64,000 nt of DNA from Dendrobates tinctorius. Lineage: Eukaryota. Below are positions 59,701 through 64,000 of this stretch, piece by piece (within the stretch, counting starts at the first letter, position 1; each line of letters begins with the position of its first letter). The stretch is taken from NCBI RefSeq assembly GCF_039654945.1, contig NW_027361796.1, positions 15,748,001 through 15,812,000 of the forward strand, read 5' to 3'. The position numbers and the translations under genes were made by a program. A model generated the notes under the pieces. The model saw only the letters and a program-made list of their open reading frames with translations. It had not been told where the DNA came from and searched no databases.

Positions 59701-62239
59701 TTACTACCACGTTTTATAGTCCACGGTCCCACAGTTTCCTTCAGGGCATGACTTTGAACTTGGCATTTCAGGGTTCTCTATTAGTACATTAGTCTGCTTT
59801 AGAAGGTGGGGTTATATATGTAACTAGAAAGAAACAACGTGTGGATGACTCCATGTACTCATTTAGGTAAGCTCTTGTGGTGAGGCCATGTTGTTACAAA
59901 GTGCCACACACTGCGGCAGTAATTGGATAAAATTACAAAATTCAATGGAAATCCAGAGTGTTTTATCAACTCCATAAATAAAAGGCTTCGATTGCCAACC
60001 TTTTAACAAATGAAGCAATTTTTACAGGGTTCAAAAATCCTCGATGGGTAGATAATTACAATCAGATAAATTGGATTTTTTTCCTACACATAGCAGCAAA
60101 TCTGGAACCGATGACACGGACAAGATAAGGAAAATTCTACGCGCAGCAGAAATGAGACTTGTGACTTATTCATTAGGTCGGCATAAATACTGTGAACAAT
60201 AGTGAAGTCTCATTTCCTGCATTCTACACTTTCCATATTTTTGGACGGTTGCTTAATATGTTTTTGCATGCAGCCTTGGAGTTGAATAATGTTGCTCAAC
60301 ACAACTTTCGACACAGAATTTCTTGCTTTTTTTTGGAATAGAAAAAGTTGCCCGATGTTCATTTATTTCCATAATACACCACCATGTTTTAGTTTATCAT
60401 GAATGCTTTCTTAAAGCAAGCCAGAGTGAGGAAAAATGGGTGAAAAAGCACATAAAGAGTTCACGCTATGAGACCACACAGTTTGACTTTTGGTGAACGT
60501 GTGGTTTATCACTAACTTCTCTTTAAAATCAGGGAGCCTATGAACATAAAAGTGGTACAGGCGTTGGTTTGCCACCCAGTTTCATTTTCAAAGCATACAT
60601 TTCTAACACCCTGAACTATTTGTTATGTGGTTGCCTAAGTAAGGAGATGTTACATCATAAGAAATACACAAATTTCTTAGAAATTATTTTGGTGTTTTTT
60701 CTATACTGGGTGGTCTTTGGACTTTAATTCAAGACTGCAACTATATAATTTTCCGGTTCCTTTGTTAGCTTTTCCCTGATCTAAATGTGGGTAGGCCACA
60801 ATTTGATTATATCTCCCTTAGGGCTTGTTCAGGTGAATGGGATGAACATTTTTACACTCAAACCAGTGGTCCTTGTGTAAAAAAATTGCAGCATACACTA
60901 CGTTGATCCTTGTTTAGAATTAGTCTTGCCCATAACACTCAGAAAAAACAGATACCAAATGGACAAAATCCCTATGGCATCCATTTTTGAATGGATCCAT
61001 TGCATTTTAGCCCATCCATGATTCACAATTTGAGTCCATGCTTGACTGTCGGAAATCGAAAACCAGACAACCATTTTTTCTTTCATGAGACTGAACGTGT
61101 ATTTGTCACAGTCCACGGTAGTTAGATCACTAAACCAAAAGGAGAAGGTCTTCACCTGAGAATTAATACTGCTTATTTTTATTATATGTATGCCGTAGGT
61201 GCTGCATAAGAATATATTTGACAGATTGTCCTCTTACCTTTAAGGTTTCTTTTCGAAATTGAAAATAAAAAGTCTTAAATTTTACAAATCTATGAAAAGA
61301 GCAGATCTTAGTTTGCTGAAATCTGAATATGTGTACGATACCTTGGATGAACATTTCTGTAAGTAGTATATATCACTGGTGCATGGACCATTCTTGGAAC
61401 AAGCTATTAGAGAAGGTATCATGTACTTCAGAAATCTGCATAGAACATTCTTGTTTTCTAGTATAATCTTTTCATCTTCAGTCTTTTTGATGACTGTGGA
61501 TTAGCGGTGCACTTGTGTTAAAAGGCCTTAGATTGATCTTGCGGTTCGGGCAACTACGCTGTTAGTTTATTGGATTTATTTTAGTATTTCTGTGCCAAGG
61601 AACACTAAACATTCAGTACAATGTGATGCCTCGCTTACTAGAATTATTTTTGTCATGTAAGAAGCTGCGTTTAGGTTATTACTACGTTTCCAGTAAGGTG
61701 GGCTGCATATTCGAGGTTGACAGGTCAGTCATTTAGTCTGCCCTACGGCCTTCCGGCAATGACCTTTCTGAAGAGTTGAAGAAGAATCTGGCTGGCACAG
61801 CAAATACGGACTGGTTTTCTGTTACAAGGTCTGTATTTCAGCTCCCGGCAGCATTGTATGACAAGTGCCATCCAAGAAGGGATTCTTACCAAACACACAT
61901 TTATGTTCTGGAGAAATCTCAGCATTTTTGTGTATTCATCTAAATGCTTACTAGTGTTCATTTAGATGTAAGGATATCTGGTTGCTTTTGATTTCCACTT
62001 CTCATAGGGAACGATACTGTATTAATAACATGCATCACCATTATTAACAAATGATCTGTCCCTATATATCACATACTGTACATTCAGAGAACCAGTCTCC
62101 AATTTACAAATATTCTATACAAGCATGGGAATATGTGGCCCAACTGAGTACCACCTGTCTCCTATTTTAGTGTTAGTTCCATTTTTGATATGTGTTTTTG
62201 GCTAAAGGGATAGTGTTTACTTATTCTCAGCTAGGATCA

Positions 62240-62519
62240 TCTTTATTCTCATTTGCACAAGGAAAGACTAGGAGCAATGGGATGAAACTGAATGGGAGGA
62301 GACACAGATTAGATATTAGAAAAAACTTTTTGACAGTTAGAGTGATCAATGAGTGGAACAGGCTGCCACGAGAGATGGTGAGTTCTCCAATAGAAGTCTT
62401 CAAACAGAGGCTGGACAGACATCTGTCTGGGATGATTTAGTGAATCCTGCTATGAGCAGGGGGTTGGACCAGGTGAACCAGGAGGTTCCTTCCAACTCTA
62501 ACATTCTAGGATTCTATGA
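62240..62519 (+). mobile_element. CR1 LINE 3' fragment
   Basis: Encodes the CR1 ORF2 C-terminus (TRSNGMKL...RLDIRKNFLTVRVINEWNRLPRE...FKQRLD), then the 3'UTR hairpin and ATTCTAGGATTCTATGA tail. Confidence 0.9.
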
Positions 62520-63744
62520 CTTATGGTCTATGGACTTGGGATATATTCATTAGGCTCTATGTAAGTAGTAAGTGGTGTTCTCTCTCATTTCCCATAGCTG
62601 TGCAATTGTTAATGGAAGAGAAACCAAATTAGGAAAAAATGTGTTCAGTTATGTAAACTTTACTTTAGATTCCCCCTACAAGCATTACAACCTTCATTCT
62701 ATTAAAGCAAAACATATAATGAACAGGTTAGATACCCCAAGCTGCTCCATCTGCACTAGCATTGACGGACCCTCGAACGCTGTAGACTGCATCCACGGTT
62801 CCATCACGGCATGACGGCACATCGCTAACGCATGCCGATTATGACATGCGTTAGCGATGCGCTAGGTTATGGCAGTCTTTGGGTGCATTAAATGGTGCGT
62901 TACATCGCGTTAATGCCGTTTTGTAACGTCATCCGTTAAATGGACTGCCATAACGCTATGTGAACCTGACCTAAGACGTGACTAGTAGTAACCCAGTAAT
63001 CTCAACGTACAAAAAAAGGATATTCTTGTAATATTTTATAAATGTATGTGCAGATCAGATACATTGCCTAACTGGCTAGAAGCTAGTGAATGTGTATTCC
63101 TTTTGGTTTTCTTGTATAAAGGCGCATCCTGATGGGCTCATATGTTCTGTTTCACCATGAGACACCGCCTGTCTAGTAATTCAGCAAGGGAATTATGTAA
63201 GACATTTCTGTAGTACCAAAGGGAAATATGCTGAGCACTTTAATAGCTCTTTTTTTACAGTATAGAAGGAAATCATCTTATATATAATATGCAGTAATGG
63301 CAACATTACTGCTCCTCAGGGTAGTCTGTTTTTAAGTACATTATCATTGACGTTAAATTAAGTAGCCTGGAGATAGGGGAAGCTTTGACCACAGGAGAAA
63401 TCTGGCATAACATGCTGAAAAATAATCACTGGCTTCCCACTTTGAGGGCAGCATAAAATATGGGCAGAGACCGTTATTTCAGAAGTTCGTCACTTAATAG
63501 ATCTTCTTATTGTATTTTTGTATCTTCTGCAGCTCTGCTAGTTCTTTCAATGGTGATATGTCTAATCCTGTCCACACCATGGAGTGATAGCTTTATGCTT
63601 ACACTGTGCCTAGGCCTAATACGGCCAGCCAATTGATAGCAAGAGCCCATGAATATCAAGGAGCTTGTCACTGAGAGGACTAGCAAATCTACAGCAGATA
63701 ATACAGTGTTTTTGTTTTTTTAAAGTACAACAGGGAGCAATTAA

Positions 63745-63903
63745 AGTGAACCTGTCAGCTGATACATGCTGGCCAGTCATCGGGCAGCATGTATCCGGCA
63801 TGGGCTGTATATCAGTGAGGGATGTTTGACTCTGAACTGCTGCGCTGTGCCTGATTCATGGAGATCATAGTTCGGGCAGCATGAATCTAATGATACGTTC
63901 CCT
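63745..63903. mobile_element. Short T2/Kolobok-type MITE
   Basis: TTAA|AGTGAACCTGTCA...TGATACGTTCCCT|TTAA. Confidence 0.6.
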
Positions 63904-64000
63904 TTAAAAGCAAATATTCATCCAGATTGCAAATTTGCTTCTTTGTAACATCTGTAACCGATAGGGTGCAGAATATTTTATTAGTGTCTTCATGTCTGAA

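Noticed and set aside
56757-64000. ABCA1 exon 6
   Set aside because: No phase-1 acceptor followed by an 'LKL-x-DFL-x-DNETFS'-like peptide was found; the acceptor-like site near 63530 gives an unrelated translation. Probably beyond the window.

Overview
Vertebrate genomic DNA, almost certainly an anuran amphibian (inferred from the repeat landscape: T2/Kolobok MITEs, Harbinger MITEs, V-SINE, CR1, L2, Tc1). The window holds the 5' part of an ABCA1 gene on the + strand: a proximal promoter (E-box, forkhead site, LXR DR-4 element, TATA; about 13810-13900), a probable non-coding exon 1, and coding exons 2-5 (37479-37544, 41818-41911, 55380-55521, 56644-56756). The gene continues past the right edge. 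Upstream lie three large insertions. (1) The 5' half of an apparently intact, intron-containing PIF/Harbinger transposon (1-1440, minus strand). (2) A complete 5-kb non-autonomous LTR retroelement (3723-8699; TSD TTAC, tRNA-Ser PBS, PPT). It has no recognisable gag/pol, but its internal region encodes a cold-shock (OB-fold RNA-binding) domain; this is the most unusual thing in the window. (3) A 4.4-kb hAT-type element (9189-13580; 8-bp TSD) made mostly of about 70 copies of a CpG-rich 55-bp minisatellite, ending about 280 bp from the ABCA1 LXR element. The introns are filled with MITEs, Tc1 remnants, solo LTRs and nested insertions. No searches were run. Family calls and all comparisons with human ABCA1 and tRNA sequences come from recalled knowledge and need checking.
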